A DNA stretch of 64,000 bases from Marsupella aquatica (Eukaryota; Plantae; Marchantiophyta): assembly GCA_973895155.1 (NCBI GenBank), contig OZ316892.1, forward strand, positions 21,391,619 through 21,455,618, in the 5' to 3' direction. Both the position numbers and the translations under genes were made by a program. Shown here piece by piece: positions 13,955 through 27,385 of this stretch. Numbering within the stretch: the stretch's first letter is position 1; every line of letters starts with the position of its first letter. Under the pieces are notes generated by a model that saw only the letters and a program-made list of their open reading frames with translations, was not told the origin of the DNA and did no database searches.

Positions 13955-16900
13955 ATGGGAAGGATTTCTATCTCACTCCCCGGGTGATTGCCGAGGTGTT
14001 TGGCTTGCCGATGGGTAATAAGACCAAGTGTTGATACCAGGACTTAGACCTTACCTGACAAGGAGTTCCGGTCGTTTCCAAGACCATCAACGAAGAATGG
14101 CTTCTTCCAAAACACCTGCACCAACCCGCACATCGGAGAGATGATCGATTTCTTGCGGGTGACCATGCATTGTAACTTGCCGAGGGCAGAGATCGGCAAG
14201 GCTCAGGTCTACCTAGCAGAAAGGCCAGACCCAAGCCGGGATTACAATGGGTACCTCCTCAACCAACTGAAGAAGATCTTGAAGGAGGAACAACAGGTGA
14301 TCGGCGTGGGAAGCATGTCCCGGCTTGGCTATCACATGCCGCTGTTGTGCCGGTATGCCACAAGTCAAATCTTTGCCCCAGTACTTCCCCTATTGACAAG
14401 GGCACCAGAGGAGGTTCCGGAGCAGAGGCCGGCAACAAAAGAGCCCAACCAACCTGCCAGTCCTACGATCGAGCAGGTGTTTTGGCCAAGGAAAGAAGAC
14501 TTGCCAATGCAGCAATCAGGCATGCAAAATCTGCTGAAAATGCTGGAGAAGGAGAGAACGGCACCAGCAACGGCAACGGCACCGGTACAGGACACTGCCC
14601 CAAAGGCCGGCCTAAGCCGACTCAGGAGGGAAAACCCCTTTACCGGAGCCAAGGAGAGAAGGAGGCCGGAACATAAGCCGGGAGTGCGAATGTATGTGGG
14701 AGCCTCAAGCCCTGAATCGGAGGCAGAGCAGCCTAAGGCTCCTTCCCGCGGAGAGCAGAGGGAGAGGACAGCCTGGAACCTAGAGGAGGAACAAGAGCCC
14801 GTGGTCTGTGAGGCCGTTTTCACGACAGGACCAGGGGAACAGAGGGGGAAGCAGGGAGTCCAAGCAGTGGAGGAGGCGGTGGAGGACTACAGCAATGATA
14901 ACTCCGGCTATGGGTCGGATCATCATGTTCCAGGAGTAAGGACCTGTGGCCGTTTTATCCCCATGCTTCCAAGAGTAGTTCGAGGGGACCCCACCCAGCA
15001 GAGTAGCCCCGAGTCTCCCCCACCAGAGGTTGCTCCCCCGAGCTTTGACGGCATAAAGCAGACGGCACAAGATTTTTAGGAGCAACTTATGGAGGAAGAG
15101 AAAGCAGCCCTGGCTAGGGAGAAAGATTTACCAGGAGGAGATTGGCCGGAGGACATCAGGCGGCTTGCCGAGAAAAGAAGCAATCCTCTTGCCATCGTAG
15201 AAGAAATCCGCAAGGCGGCTTGGGAACAGAGGCCGAGGTGGTTGATGCCGATGACTTCTACTTACTCCACCTATGCTAAAGATAGAGCCATGGAGTACGG
15301 GGAGATGTGTGGGGACCTGGCGCTCAGCATCTTTGGGGAGGAGTTGGAGCGGGGACCTTTTTCCAGAGGGAGATGTTGGAGAAGCACCGATTAGAAGAAG
15401 CGGTGGCTATGGAAAGAAGCAAGAAGGACGAGGTCATCCGGCGGCTTAGGGAGATGGAAGCCGAGGTGGAAGACCTATAGGCGGGTAAGAAATCCCAAGA
15501 TGAGCTGCGGATTAAGCGGCATGAGCTAAACATCATGCAAGGACAATTGGATGCCGCTCAGTCTGGCAATCAAATTATCAAGGATGAACTGACTTGGACC
15601 CAAGGAGAGTTGGCCAGCGCAGTCAAGGACAAGGAAAAGTGGAATCAGGAGCTGAGGGACGCAGAGGAGGCCCACTTAACCACCAACAACCGGGCCATGG
15701 CGGAGACTCAGAGAAGGGAGAGGGCGTTGAAAGGAGAGCTCAAAGATATCCGCGGAGCCCTTGAGCAAAAGGAAGCAGAGTTAGGGAAATCCTATCAAGG
15801 GATTATTGCGCTGCAGCAGGAGCTTGCGTCCCTGACAGCCAGCTTCAAGGCCGACCTACATGAAAAGGACGACCAGCTTGACCAGACTTATGCCAAGATG
15901 AATAAGATGGAGTCTGTGGTCGTAGCAGAGCTTGACAAGGAGCTAAGAGCAACCCAGGAGGAGAGGGCTACCTTAAAGAAAGAATTGGAGGAAGCCAAAA
16001 AGGAGCTGGAGGAGGCGTGCAAGGACCTGGACGAGACCCAGGAGGAGTTGGAGGAAATCACAAGGAAGATGGAGAACCTACAGCGGCGAGCCGACAACCA
16101 AACGGAGCGGCTGAAGAAACAAGCCACAATATTTAAATGCTTGGCTTCATCAGGTCCAACTCCAATTGGGGCAACCCAGTTACCAGGGGTAGTATTGGCC
16201 GAAGGACAAGCCGAGACACTCACCCCGGTGCCGGAGGTAAGCGGCAAGGGGAAGGGACCAACTTGTCAAAATAGGGAAGAAGAAGAAGCGGAAACCTTCT
16301 AGGTCTGGGAGTTATACGGCTTCTCAAGCCGTTGTGACCGAGAAGATAAACCCGGCACCAACCTCCGGCATCAACACGGCGGTGGATCCACCAGTCCTAG
16401 GAAGTGGGGATGGCAAGGCCGAGGCCGGGACAACCAGTACTGAAGCCGAGGTACCAGATCCTCCACTAGAACATGTCGGGGAGGCCGTGGCCGATGCTGA
16501 GGCCGAAGCCGAGGGTGGACCCAGTCAGGCCGATGAAGAGTTGACTCGGTCCGGGGCAGGTAATCTGTCAGAGGACGGACCAACGGCAGTGGCTGCGGAG
16601 GAAGCGTTGGGGGCGTCCATTGAGGACCAGCCACCGGGGTCAATGGTGTAAGGGAGCTGTCCCTTTTAGGGAGGGCGGACGTGGAGGTAGGAGGCGTGAG
16701 TGGGCAGGGCGGGCGCTGATCTCCAAGTTTAGACTAAGGATCAGGACCAGGAGACGGCCCTGACACTTAGATTAGTGGGATTGCGGATCCACAAGTGAGG
16801 GCGACACTTGTGCTCCTGCCTCATTGTACATAGGTAGATTATAGTTAGGTAGATTACAGTAAGTAGATTAGGCTTACGCTACAAGGAATCAGGCGGATCC

Positions 16901-19140
16901 ACAACCAGGATAAGTACCTGGGCTACGAGGAGTTTAGGGCCTCTTCTTTAGCAAGTTTTTAGTTGCACCAGCAGGGCTGGGATCAAGTAGTAAGAGAAGC
17001 TCTCGGTTAGTTATACAATGACCCTTGTGTATATTCATGTTTCCTCATGCCTAAGAACTGAATAGAGTTGGCCTCACGGCTTAGTTTGCAGAGCTTGTGT
17101 ATGAGATGTATTGTTTGTATGGCAAGTGCATGGTATAACTCAGTCAGAAAGAGTCATTTTGCGATTTGTGTGTCGCATTAACTTGTGTGAAGAGTGCCCA
17201 CATCAATGAAGGGAAGTAGCAAGGGAGTGAGAGATGGATGTGTCGAGCTGAGAGAGGTCTTAGCGGCTTAACCAAGCCAATTGGGGATCATTCCGGTGGC
17301 GGAATCCAAACATACCTAATGAAAGACCAGGAGAGGAATACAAGGGAGGGCCTAGAATAGGCCGGCTAAGTATCTCATGACCCGATGAAGGATCTGTCCA
17401 GTATATGTGTGTAAAATATTAATAGTAGTAGTAGAGGAGATTAGCAGCGTCCCATGTCGCTAAGCCGCGGAAACGGCCTTGTCGAGGATGAAACCTGCGG
17501 GAATCGGCTTGTGCGGGGGGTTTCTTGGGTTTGGGGCGCCATGGGACGCACCACATCTATCATCCTTATAGTCCGCCTCTCGTGCCGCCTCATCTATCCA
17601 TCCCCTAGGAGCATTTGGATCTAGTGTGGCAACTATGTTTGTACAATAAAACATACTCTCTGCTCCAAGATGACGCTTTGCAATGCTACCTTCCACCCTA
17701 GCGCAATTAGAGACATACGATTTCATCACTCCCATATAACGCTCTACCCAATACATCCATCGACAATGCACTAGGCCTGCAATTGCAACCTCACGCACTA
17801 AATGTATGAGAAAATGAACCTGACCATCAAAAAATGAGGGAAGGAGTGCCTTCTCCAACTTGCACACAACCTCTACTCCAAATGTCTCCATTGCAGCAGT
17901 TTCATCCTCCTGTACCTCCTTCTGACATACCCATCTCAAAAGCTTTCCCAATGAGCAAAGGGCATCACGAAGTTCCTCACTACCCAATCCAATAATCGCA
18001 ACTGGAATAACATGTTCTAGTAACCAATGATAATCATGTGTTTTCAAGTAAGATGACCATTTTGGAGAATCATCCCCCCCAAATGCTTTTCGGAGATTTG
18101 CGCCATAACCTGTGGGAAACCTCATTGACCCAATACGTCTGCGAAACTCAGTGCGCTCTGCCCTACTCAAAACCCAAGGAGGATGGATGTTGGGGGGGTC
18201 ACCAGGGGGGTCCAAAGATGGCCAAAAACCAAGAAGACCATGCATCCCCATCTCCTCACAACTTTCTCTCCAATTGTGGTTCTTTTCCCCATATAGATGA
18301 CGAATCAATGATCTGCCCACATTCCCCTCAATGTGCATCGGATCTAACAAGTGATTAATGGGCAACTCTGACCAATATGGCAATTGTGACAATGCAGACA
18401 AACGGGTCATGCCACATTGGAGAATTTGTAATGGATCATCTGGGTCTTGAACTCTTTCCCATACCTCTCTCCAATACGTTGGACCCTTTCGCTGAGGTTG
18501 AGGACGAGTATCGGGTTGGCCATCTTCAGTATCATACAAGAAATGATTACTCCTCCAAGGATGGTCTTCTGGAAGATATTTGGTATGGCCATTGTAAACT
18601 ATCTTACGCAAAGTACTTGACTTGCGTCTTGCCACACCCTCCAAATCTGGTCTGCACGAAGGGCAAGCTCTATAGCCTGATGTTTGCAATCCAGAGATAT
18701 ATCCAAACCCTGCGCTTGATCAATACACAACCAGCCAATGAAAGTAAGTTAAATGATATAAATTATAACCAAAAAAAATTAATTAATAAGCATGGTGTAA
18801 ATAGATAGCAATGGAAATAAAGGTTTAATACCCTACCTCACAAATCATGCATGGTCCACATAAGAATGGCCTTCATGGTAAATGTGCGGGATAAACCTCC
18901 AGTGTTGTCACGTCCGTCATAACAATCCACCCCTCTCCAAAGTTTCAAAAGCTCATCAATCAAGGGTTGCAAGTAAATGTCAATCTTTTTTACTTGCTTA
19001 GGACCAGGGATGATCATTGAGAGTAGTAGATGACCTTTCTTCATGGCCATCCATGGAGGGATATTGTAATTTGTGAGAACTACAGGCCATACTGAATATG
19101 ACTTAGCTTTACCTGCTAATGCAAAAGGACTGGTACCATT

Positions 19141-21011
19141 TGTAATACAGTACACTAGTTAGAAATGATAGAAAAATGATAAACTTTGAACTTTTTCTAA
19201 CTCAAAGGTGCAGTATAGCTACCTTTTGTAGCAATTTAGATTAACTGAACACTTTACCTAATGATATGCTTTATCAAAGGCTATTGCTATATTGGACAAG
19301 GATCGACAATATAAATCCTTGCTCTTTGCATGCTACCAAGAAGGAAGACTCGACATCATTGGAGAAGCAATGCAGACTAGAAGATTCAAGAACCGGACTC
19401 CAAAACACTTCTTCAACAGGAATGGGCTCTGTATACCTTTATTAAGATCAACCGATCTATGCAATTTTAGTTAAATAGTTAAAATAGTCAGAAAAGTCTC
19501 ATACTCTTTCAAGAGATAGCCCTTACGTAGTAGGACCTACCCTGAAAATCTCAACTCAAACCGACATGTGTTTTGAAAGTTAAAAATATTTTAGTTTTGT
19601 TGTTTTCTGCTTAGACGCGAAAGCGCTTATGTGCCCATGCTCTTATGCGCGCATACGCCCAGCACTTAGAAAATTTTTTGGTTTTCGTTTTCTGTAACAT
19701 TTTTAACACTTTTACCTATTTTATTGAGGCACTTAGGCACCTCAGAAAAGTCTCATATTTTGCCATCATGAAGAATATACATAAGAGACCACTTCAGCAA
19801 AGTCTCACCTTTTTATGACTTTTAGTTTAGAAACTAAAATTTAGATAAAACCCATATTCATTAGTTTTACCATAATTCCACTTTTACAATAGTTAACACC
19901 TGAAATATCTTTTAGTTAGCTTTTCATTCTAGGAACATTCCACTGAACCTTGGGTACTCCTGTAGTCCACTTTTGTTACTTTTACTTTTACCTATGACCC
20001 TTGAGATACGAAAGGGCATGTCCTTTCATTATCTCTTTTCCTTTTAGTTCCTCCTAGCATATAAGTAGTAGTTCTCATGTCATTTCAAGTGTGAAGAAAT
20101 TTCATGAGCGCTTAGTTGCAAGTCTGCAACTTTGTTACCTCCATTTGTAGCAAGCACTCTATGTTGTTCCTTGAAATGATTTTTTAATAAAGATAATGGC
20201 GGCCGCGAAAAGCCCCACGGCCAGGGCAAGCAAACAGCCAAACAGGCCACAAACCAGGACCCCAATCAACAAGGGGACTCTATGTTGTTGATAAGTACTT
20301 AATACAAAGAATTTCTTCCCCTTCCTTATGTTTGAATGATTGAGATTTCAGACCAGAGAAGTAAAACTTTGTGATTGATGAATCTTTTGAATGTGTGGAG
20401 ATAGATTCCTTAATTGGTGAAGGCTATACATTCTTGAGTTCTTGATGCATATGTTTTTGGCATAACATTGCTTGTGCACGAGGTGCAAAGAATGTTATCA
20501 CCCAATTACCTGTGACTTTAAGTTGTTGATGACGGTGCTTGATATTTGTGACACAAAGTACCGATTGGATGCTGAAGTGATTGGTTGTTAATCTTAACTT
20601 AGTACCTCGGAAGGAAAGGTTGAGATGTGTAGACGGCACCCTAACAACCATCCCAGTAAAGTATTCCATTCCATAAATGTTCTTACAAGTTCAATACCTT
20701 AAATCATCTCAAATTAAGTTATGTTGAGGAGTCACCTTGGTTGTTTCCTAACTCCCTCATCATACCTCAAGATTTTCATTGTGTTTTGTTAATTGTTTTC
20801 ATTTGTTAATTTTATTTACAATGTTAAGCAAACATTCAAAACTATGCCTTGCTAAGCAACCATAGTAAAAGGCTCACCTTTGTGTTTTTGTTACTTAAGT
20901 CATTCAAAAGTGCTAAATCATAGAAAATTATTCCTTACATGTTCTTCCATGGGAACGAATACCGAGTTTTGGATCTTAAATGTTTATTTATGTTTCTAGT
21001 GTGATACTACA
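19141..21011. mobile_element. 1871-bp AT-rich non-coding TG..CA insert, probable solo LTR
   Basis: Starts TGTAATACAGTACACTAG and ends CTAGTGTGATACTACA (imperfect inverted termini); TSD CCATT/CCATC. It splits the transposase at LAADG|TSPF. Confidence 0.85.
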
Positions 21012-22088
21012 CCATCTGCTGCCAAGCCAAGTCGAACATGTGCATATTGCATGCTCACCCCTGAAAAGAATGCAATCATTCACACATGCATGTATCACTT
21101 CATATTTTAGGCCAATGGACTTCAACACCTGTTTAGCCTCCTTCCAAGAGCTTGGCATGTTGTTGCTTGGTGGTAAAATACGATCATGTAGGGTACGAAA
21201 AACATCATCCAAAAGTAGGTTGCTTGCCCCATGTCTTTGTTGCACATTCAACAACAACATTATTGCTGAGAGCCGAGATAGCCTACTCCCCTCAAATATG
21301 CGAGTACGAGCATGACGTTGAGCCTCTTCCCATTCCTTCTGCTGGCCCCCCTAGAGACATGCGGATGAGTGTTGTTGTCATCCTGGCTACCCATGTCCTC
21401 CATACCAATGTCCGCATCATCGTCATAGAACTGATCCATGAGCTCATCCATGGCCCTCTCCTCGTCAACATGATCTCCGGTTGGATTGCCCCCCTCATGC
21501 TGTACCTCAGTCTCCTCCCCACGATTGGCCACCATGGCCTCAACAAGGTGTTGCCGCATAGCTCGTGATATTACCCCAATATCAGGCACTACATATTGGT
21601 TCTATCATACAACATGCATCCATGTAATGTCATCAACATCAATCTTGCCAACAATCTCATTAATCCAACATTAGAAATGGAAAATAAATTTCAGATATAT
21701 ATATATATATATGTAAGCCCAAGAAACTAAGTTGGACGAGAATGTAGAGACAATTTTGGTGCATCCCAGTCATAATCACACAATAACTCCTCTCCCGCTC
21801 TAATGGTCCTAATGGCCATTGTCATGATGTGGTCATCCATATGTTTCACAAAATATGGGTCTCTAGGTGGACCAAACATTTGGATCCACTCTACATTAGC
21901 CTCCAAATCTCTACCTCTACCTGTGGTACTATTGATGTATCCTGCTAAATTTCCATTCCTAACAGGGTCACCGTCAATCATCCGACAATGCCACGGCCTA
22001 GTGAACACCTCGTCTGGGTCTGAGTCCATCCTCAATGCATACACCCCCCAACTTGGGTGTTGACGCAACAAAATGTTCCAACTCTTTG

Positions 22089-22432
22089 TGTTGAGCATAG
22101 ACGACATTCGCAACGGCAAGCCCATGAACTATCCAACGCACAAGAGTCGACACAGAGAGATACGTGGTTCACCTCCACATGAGGCTACGTCCACGGGAAC
22201 ACACAAGAGCTTTACTACACTCTAGGCCGACTGGCCATACCAAGCATCCACAGCACAAGCTCTCCCTATCTCTCAACTAGCTCCGTAACAATGAGCCTAA
22301 GTTTCACCAGGGTCTGGCATCAGCCCTGGCTATATACACAACAGTACTACCGCTAACATTAGCTAAGTCCTAACCCGAGTTAGACTAACTATGGTTAGCT
22401 CATGAGTCACAAGACTAGAGCAATATCTAACA
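22089..22432 (-). repeat. Copia 3' LTR, preceded on the minus strand by PPT AAGGGGGAGTT (22433-22443)
   Basis: Direct repeat of 27042-27385 with 9 substitutions counted by eye. Confidence 0.97.
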
Positions 22433-22639
22433 AACTCCCCCTTGACTCTTGTCTTGGGGACTGAACTAAATGCTACCATATGGAATCCTCAGCGGGAAGT
22501 TCTAGACAATCACCAAACCAAGTCTCCCCCTAAAAACCACAAGGGTTAACTAAGGGTTAACTAGAACTAAGCCGTAGCCAAACAGGAATGAGTAATCCAT
22601 ATACAAATAGTCACACATTACTAAATAACTCTACTTGCA

Positions 22640-25600
22640 CTACAACTGCAAAACCTGCAAAATAGCACGGTGTCTTGAGAAACTCTCCAAAGGAATCACT
22701 TTGGTAAAGGCATCAGCGGGATTGAGCTTTCCATCAATCTTGACTAGCTCAAAAGTTTTATCAGACACTGCTTGCCTGATAAAATGGTACCTGATATCAA
22801 TGTGCTTCACCCTACTATCCATCACTTGGTTAGCAGCCAAGTGAAGAGCACTTTGACTATCACAGTTTAGAGTCATTTTGCCATGCTCTAAACCCATCTC
22901 CGCAATCAACTTGTCCAACCAAATTGCTTCCTTTGCTGCTTCTGCTGCTGCAACATACTCTGCTTCTATAGTAGACTGAGATATGCACTTATGCAAGGTA
23001 GATTTCCAACTGATACATCCTCCTCCAAGAGTGTATACAAACCCAGTTGTAGACCTCCTTGTATCCAAACAGCCTCCATAGTCAGAATCTACATAGCCAA
23101 CTAACGTTCTATTTGATCTGTTATCAAATAGTAATCCATAGTCATGTGTTCCCTTCAGATACCTGAGAATCCACTTCACAGCTTTCCAATGTATCTTCCC
23201 TGGATTTGACATGAATCTGCTAACCTTGCCCACTGCTAGGGCCAAGTCAGACCTAGTACAAGTCATCAAATACATCAGACTGCCTACTGCCTTCTCATAA
23301 GGAATCTTAGCCATCAGACCTTTCTCCACAGCATCCGTAGGAGAGAAAGCTGATGATAACTTAAAATGTGAAGCTAAAGGAATACTCACTAGCTTACAGT
23401 TTTCCATGTTGAATCGTGCAAGTACTTTCCTTGCATACTGGCCTTGACTCAAGCACAACTATCCAGTGTCAGAGTTCCTAAAAATCTCCATCCCTAAGAT
23501 CCTCTTGGCCTTACCAAGATCCTTCATCCTGAATTCAACACTCAATTTTGCCTTGAGATTGTCAACCTCAGATTGATCTTTAGCCACAATCAGCATGTCA
23601 TCCACATAGATCACCAGAATGATGAAACCAAATACATCATTCTTGACTGATTTCGTATACACACAAGGATCATACACCATCCTTGTAAAACCTTGAGCAA
23701 GCATGAAATCATCAAACCGCTTGTTCCATTGTCTGGGAGACTGCTTCAATCCATACAAGGACTTGAGCAATCTGCAAACTAAGTTCTCTTGGCCCTTCTT
23801 CATAAAGCCTAGTGGCTGTCTCATGAAGATCATCTCTTCCAAGTTGCCATAGAGAAAAGCAGTAACAACATCCATCTGATCCATCCATCTGATCCATCAC
23901 TAGACCAAAAAACACAACAAGCTGACACAAGATCCGAATTGTAGAATACTTAGCCATTGGTGAAAAGACCTCATTGTAATCCACTCCTTTCTCCTGAGTG
24001 AATCCCTTGGCAATAAGCCTTGCCTTGTAGATCTTATCACCACCCTCTGAAGGACTGTCCTTCAACTTGTAAATCCACTTGCTATCCACCACTTGCTGAC
24101 CTCTTGGAAGCTCCACCAGCTCCCATGTTTTGTTGTCACTCAAAGATTGCAACTCCCTTTGCATTGTTGCATTCCACTCATGCTTCTGCTCTGAAGCACA
24201 AGCCTCACTGTATGAAGAAGGCTCTCCTTCTTCCAAGATCAAAGCCATGTCATCATCATCAGGTGCAATGTCAATATCATCTAGCTTAGATGAGTCTGCC
24301 CATTGACCATACCTGGTAGGAGCTCTAGTAGGACGACTGGAAGTTCTTCTAGTAGATGACTCAGGCTGAGCTGCTGCTGCTGCTGGTTGAATTTGAGGTA
24401 CCCCAGCAACAATCTGCTCCTCTTGTTCCATCACAGGAACCAGCTCCAAGCCCGGAGCTTCTCCATCTCTCCTGTCATGAACATCATCATGACTAATCTC
24501 CCCCTCAACCCCGTTCGGGATGGGAGATTTCCCTTGTTAATATGGGAGTCCTGAGAACTCTCCCCCTCCTTTGATGATCTGGATTCATTAAAGGACACAT
24601 CTCTACTGACAATTAGCTTACAGGTTACTGGATCCCATAACCTATAACCCTTCACACCTTTTTGATAACCAAGGAAAATGCACTTCTTCGACTTGGACTC
24701 CAGCTTGAATTGAAGCTGGGAAGGTGTAAGCACATAAGCATCACATCCAAAAATCCTTAGATGTGAGTAATCTGCTGGACGCCCGTACCTCATTTCAAAT
24801 GGCGTCTTGAATCCAATAGAATTGGATTGAGAAAAATTTACCAAATAAGCTGTAGTGTTGATAGCTTCAGCCAAAAACTCATGTGGTAAGCATGATTGAC
24901 TCAACATACTCCTCAAGCGGTCCAATAGTGTTCGGTTGAGTCTCTCAAAAACACCATTCTACTAAGGAGTATAACTTGTTGTGAGATGGCGGGTAATCCC
25001 CTACTCCTTACAATACGTTCCAAATTCCCCAGAATTGTATTCATCGCCGTTATCCGATCGAAGATATCTCACCTTATTACCAGTCTGATTCTCTACTTGG
25101 GCTTTCCACTCCTTAAAAGTGGCAAAAACATCAGACTTATTGTGTAAAAAGTATATCCACACATACCTTGAGTAATCGTCTATGAACGTGACATAGTATA
25201 ACCGTCCAGAATGTGAGGGAGTAGGGGCTGGATCCCACACATCACTATGTACATACTCAAGTACGTCCTTACTGGTGTGAGTTCCAACTCCGAAGGGTTT
25301 CCTGTGTTGCTTCCCTAGCACACAGTGCTCACAAAATTCCAACTTACAAGATTGCAAATTTGAAAGTAATCCTTTCTTCTGAAGAATAGCCAAACCTTTT
25401 TCACTCATGTGGCCCAAACAAAAGTGCCACAGTCGGGCCGTCTCCTCATGAGATAAGGTTACATTGACTTCATCACAAACTACACTGCCCTCCAAAACGT
25501 ATAGATTGCTATGTCTCCTTCCCTTCAATACAACTTTAGTACCAGTTGAAACCTGAAGAACACCATTAGCAGAACTTCACTGATGGCCATTTGCTTCTAG

Positions 25601-26935
25601 AACTCCAAGTGAAATGAGATTTTTCATCATGCTGGGAATATGTCTCACATTCCTCACCGTTCTCACAACACCATCAAACATCTGAAATCTAACAGATCCA
25701 AGTCCAACAACTTGACATGGGATTCCATTTCCCATCAACACTGACCCGTTGGAAACCGTGTAAGAACTGAAAAAATCTCTCCTAGAGCAAATGTGAAAAG
25801 TACATGCACTATCTAGAATCCAGTCATCACTACCTGGATTTGACACTACGTTGAGAGCATAACCTTGATATCATAATATGTCATCATCATCGAGTAAATC
25901 TACCTCATGCAAGCTCAATGCCGCGTTAGCAGAGGCAGTAGGGACCTTTACTCGACAATCCCTTTTCATGTGGCCAGGCTTGCCACAATTCCAACATGCA
26001 AGAGGCTTCCTCTCTTGCGATTTCCCTCTTGATTTAGATCTCCCCCGTGATGTAGATCTAAACCTGTTCTGTCCAGTTGAGCGTTGCGCTGCTCTCCCAC
26101 GGTACACGTTCAGTGCAGTGCCAGAAGAAGATGCTGTCTGTGATTGACCCAGCTTCTTCTGAGCATCATCAGACAATAAAGAGCTCACCACCTCATTATA
26201 CAAAATGGACTTTAGATCTCTGTACAAGAGCACCTACTTCAAGCCCTGATATGACGGTGATAAGGAGCTTAGCAGAAGCAAGGCCTTATCCTCATCTTCA
26301 ACTCCTTTTCCCAGGTTTGACAAATCCACCGCTAGACTGTCAAACTCATCCAGGTGATCTTGCATCTTGCTCCCTTCCTTGAGCCTGAGGTTCATCAAGA
26401 AAGACTTCTTGTATAACCGGTCTGACGCATCTTCTAGGTAATACTTCTCTCTAAGAGCCTTGAACAGTGATGAGCAATCCACATAATCATCCAGCTGCTT
26501 GATGATGTGCGGCTTAAGATATAGCATCACTGCATTGATAGCAATCACCTGCTCTTGACTCCACTGCCTCATAGAAATCTCCTCCTCTCCATCATACTGC
26601 TCTCACGATGAAAGTAGATGAGCTAAGCCCATGGCCCATAGAACACCCTTCACTTGCTTCTCCCAGAGCAAGTAATCAGTACAACCATCGTACTGCTCCA
26701 CCTCAAACTTCACTCCTCCAAATCTAGCCATCTCCCTCTTCTTCCCAACTACCGATAGCTCTGGTAGTAATACGGCTTCCTCCACTACACGCCGCACCGG
26801 TGATCGTACCGGTGTTACAAGTTCCTCCTCAAATGGTAGTAGCTCCTCCTCAGACTCTCCGTCTAATCGTCGCGATCCTGAAGCTCCACCGACGCCAATT
26901 CTTCCAGTATCCCTTGAGTCACTCATATGAAACAA
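22640..26935 (-). pseudogene. Copia gag-pol polyprotein with stops and frameshifts
   Basis: Zinc knuckle CWNCGKPGHMKRDC, protease WILDSACTFH, integrase HSDVW/FIDDYSR/LRSDNG, RT QMDV..AFL/YVDDML, RNase H YVDSDY/EAEY/KHIDIRYHF. Confidence 0.95.
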
Positions 26936-27027
26936 TCACGAAAAAACATATTTTTTCGAAACTTCTCATAAAACTCAAAACTCAACACCGCCGCATAGCC
27001 CACAAAGCTAGGAGTCCAATACTTGTC

Positions 27028-27039
27028 GCTCTGATACCA
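27028..27039 (-). promoter_or_regulatory. Primer-binding site for initiator tRNA-Met
   Basis: TGGTATCAGAGC two nucleotides inside the 5' LTR. Confidence 0.95.
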
Positions 27040-27041
27040 CT

Positions 27042-27385
27042 TGTTGAGCATAGACGACATTCGCAACGGCAAGCCCATGAACCATCCAACGCACAAGAGT
27101 CGACACAGAGAGATACGTGGTTCACCTCCACATGAGGCTACATCCACGGGAACACACAAGAGCTTTATTGCACTCTAGGCCGACCGGCCATACCAAGCAT
27201 CCACAGCACAAGCTCTCCCTATCTCTCCACTAGCTCCGTAACAATGAGCCTAAGTTCCACCAGGGTCTGGCATCAGCCCTGGCTATATACACAACAGCAC
27301 TACCGCTAACATTAGCTAAGTCCTAACCCGAGTTAGACTAACTGTGGTTAGCTCATGAGTCACAAGACTAGAGCAATATCTAACA
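27042..27385 (-). repeat. Copia 5' LTR
   Basis: 344-bp TG..CA repeat adjacent to the PBS. Confidence 0.97.

Larger units (their letters stand above)
9290..16651 (+). pseudogene. Family-Z protein homologous to the family X/Y proteins, with a long coiled coil; interrupted by 10033-13954
   Basis: MSNVNQAAHFWGCLF at 9290; GLEAFVRLPW..EFVGSW..TRVYG|KDFYLTPRVIAEVFGLP reads across the insertion; MIDFLRVTMH..PRAEI at 14141; coiled coil 15535-16302. Confidence 0.8.
8913..17555 (+). mobile_element. TG..CA element family Z (~4.7 kb without its nested insert), inserted in TnpD of A
   Basis: Ends TGTGATG...CACCACA; perfect TSD TCTAT 8908-8912 / 17556-17560. Removing it restores the transposase (YKDDR|LTRA). 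No LTR pair. Confidence 0.92.
8110..21601 (-). pseudogene. CACTA A TnpD transposase (Transposase_21, DUF4218, DUF4216 type), disrupted by two insertions and a deletion
   Basis: Motifs IHACVNDCILF, HVRLGLAADG|TSPF, YNIPPW, MWTMHDL, DPMHIEGN, KTHDYH, WMYWVERYM, DPFAFP in ORFs 20988-21589, 18838-19155, 17460-18689, 8110-8862; intron at ~18710-18836. Confidence 0.9.
22089..27385 (-). mobile_element. Full-length Ty1/copia LTR retrotransposon (Tnt1-like), degenerate
   Basis: Two 344-bp TG..CA LTRs, TSD CTTTG on both sides, tRNA-iMet PBS, PPT, gag-PR-INT-RT-RH domain order. Confidence 0.97.

Noticed and set aside
15535-16302. Myosin/SMC-like host gene
   Set aside because: Generic coiled coil inside the TSD-bounded family Z unit.
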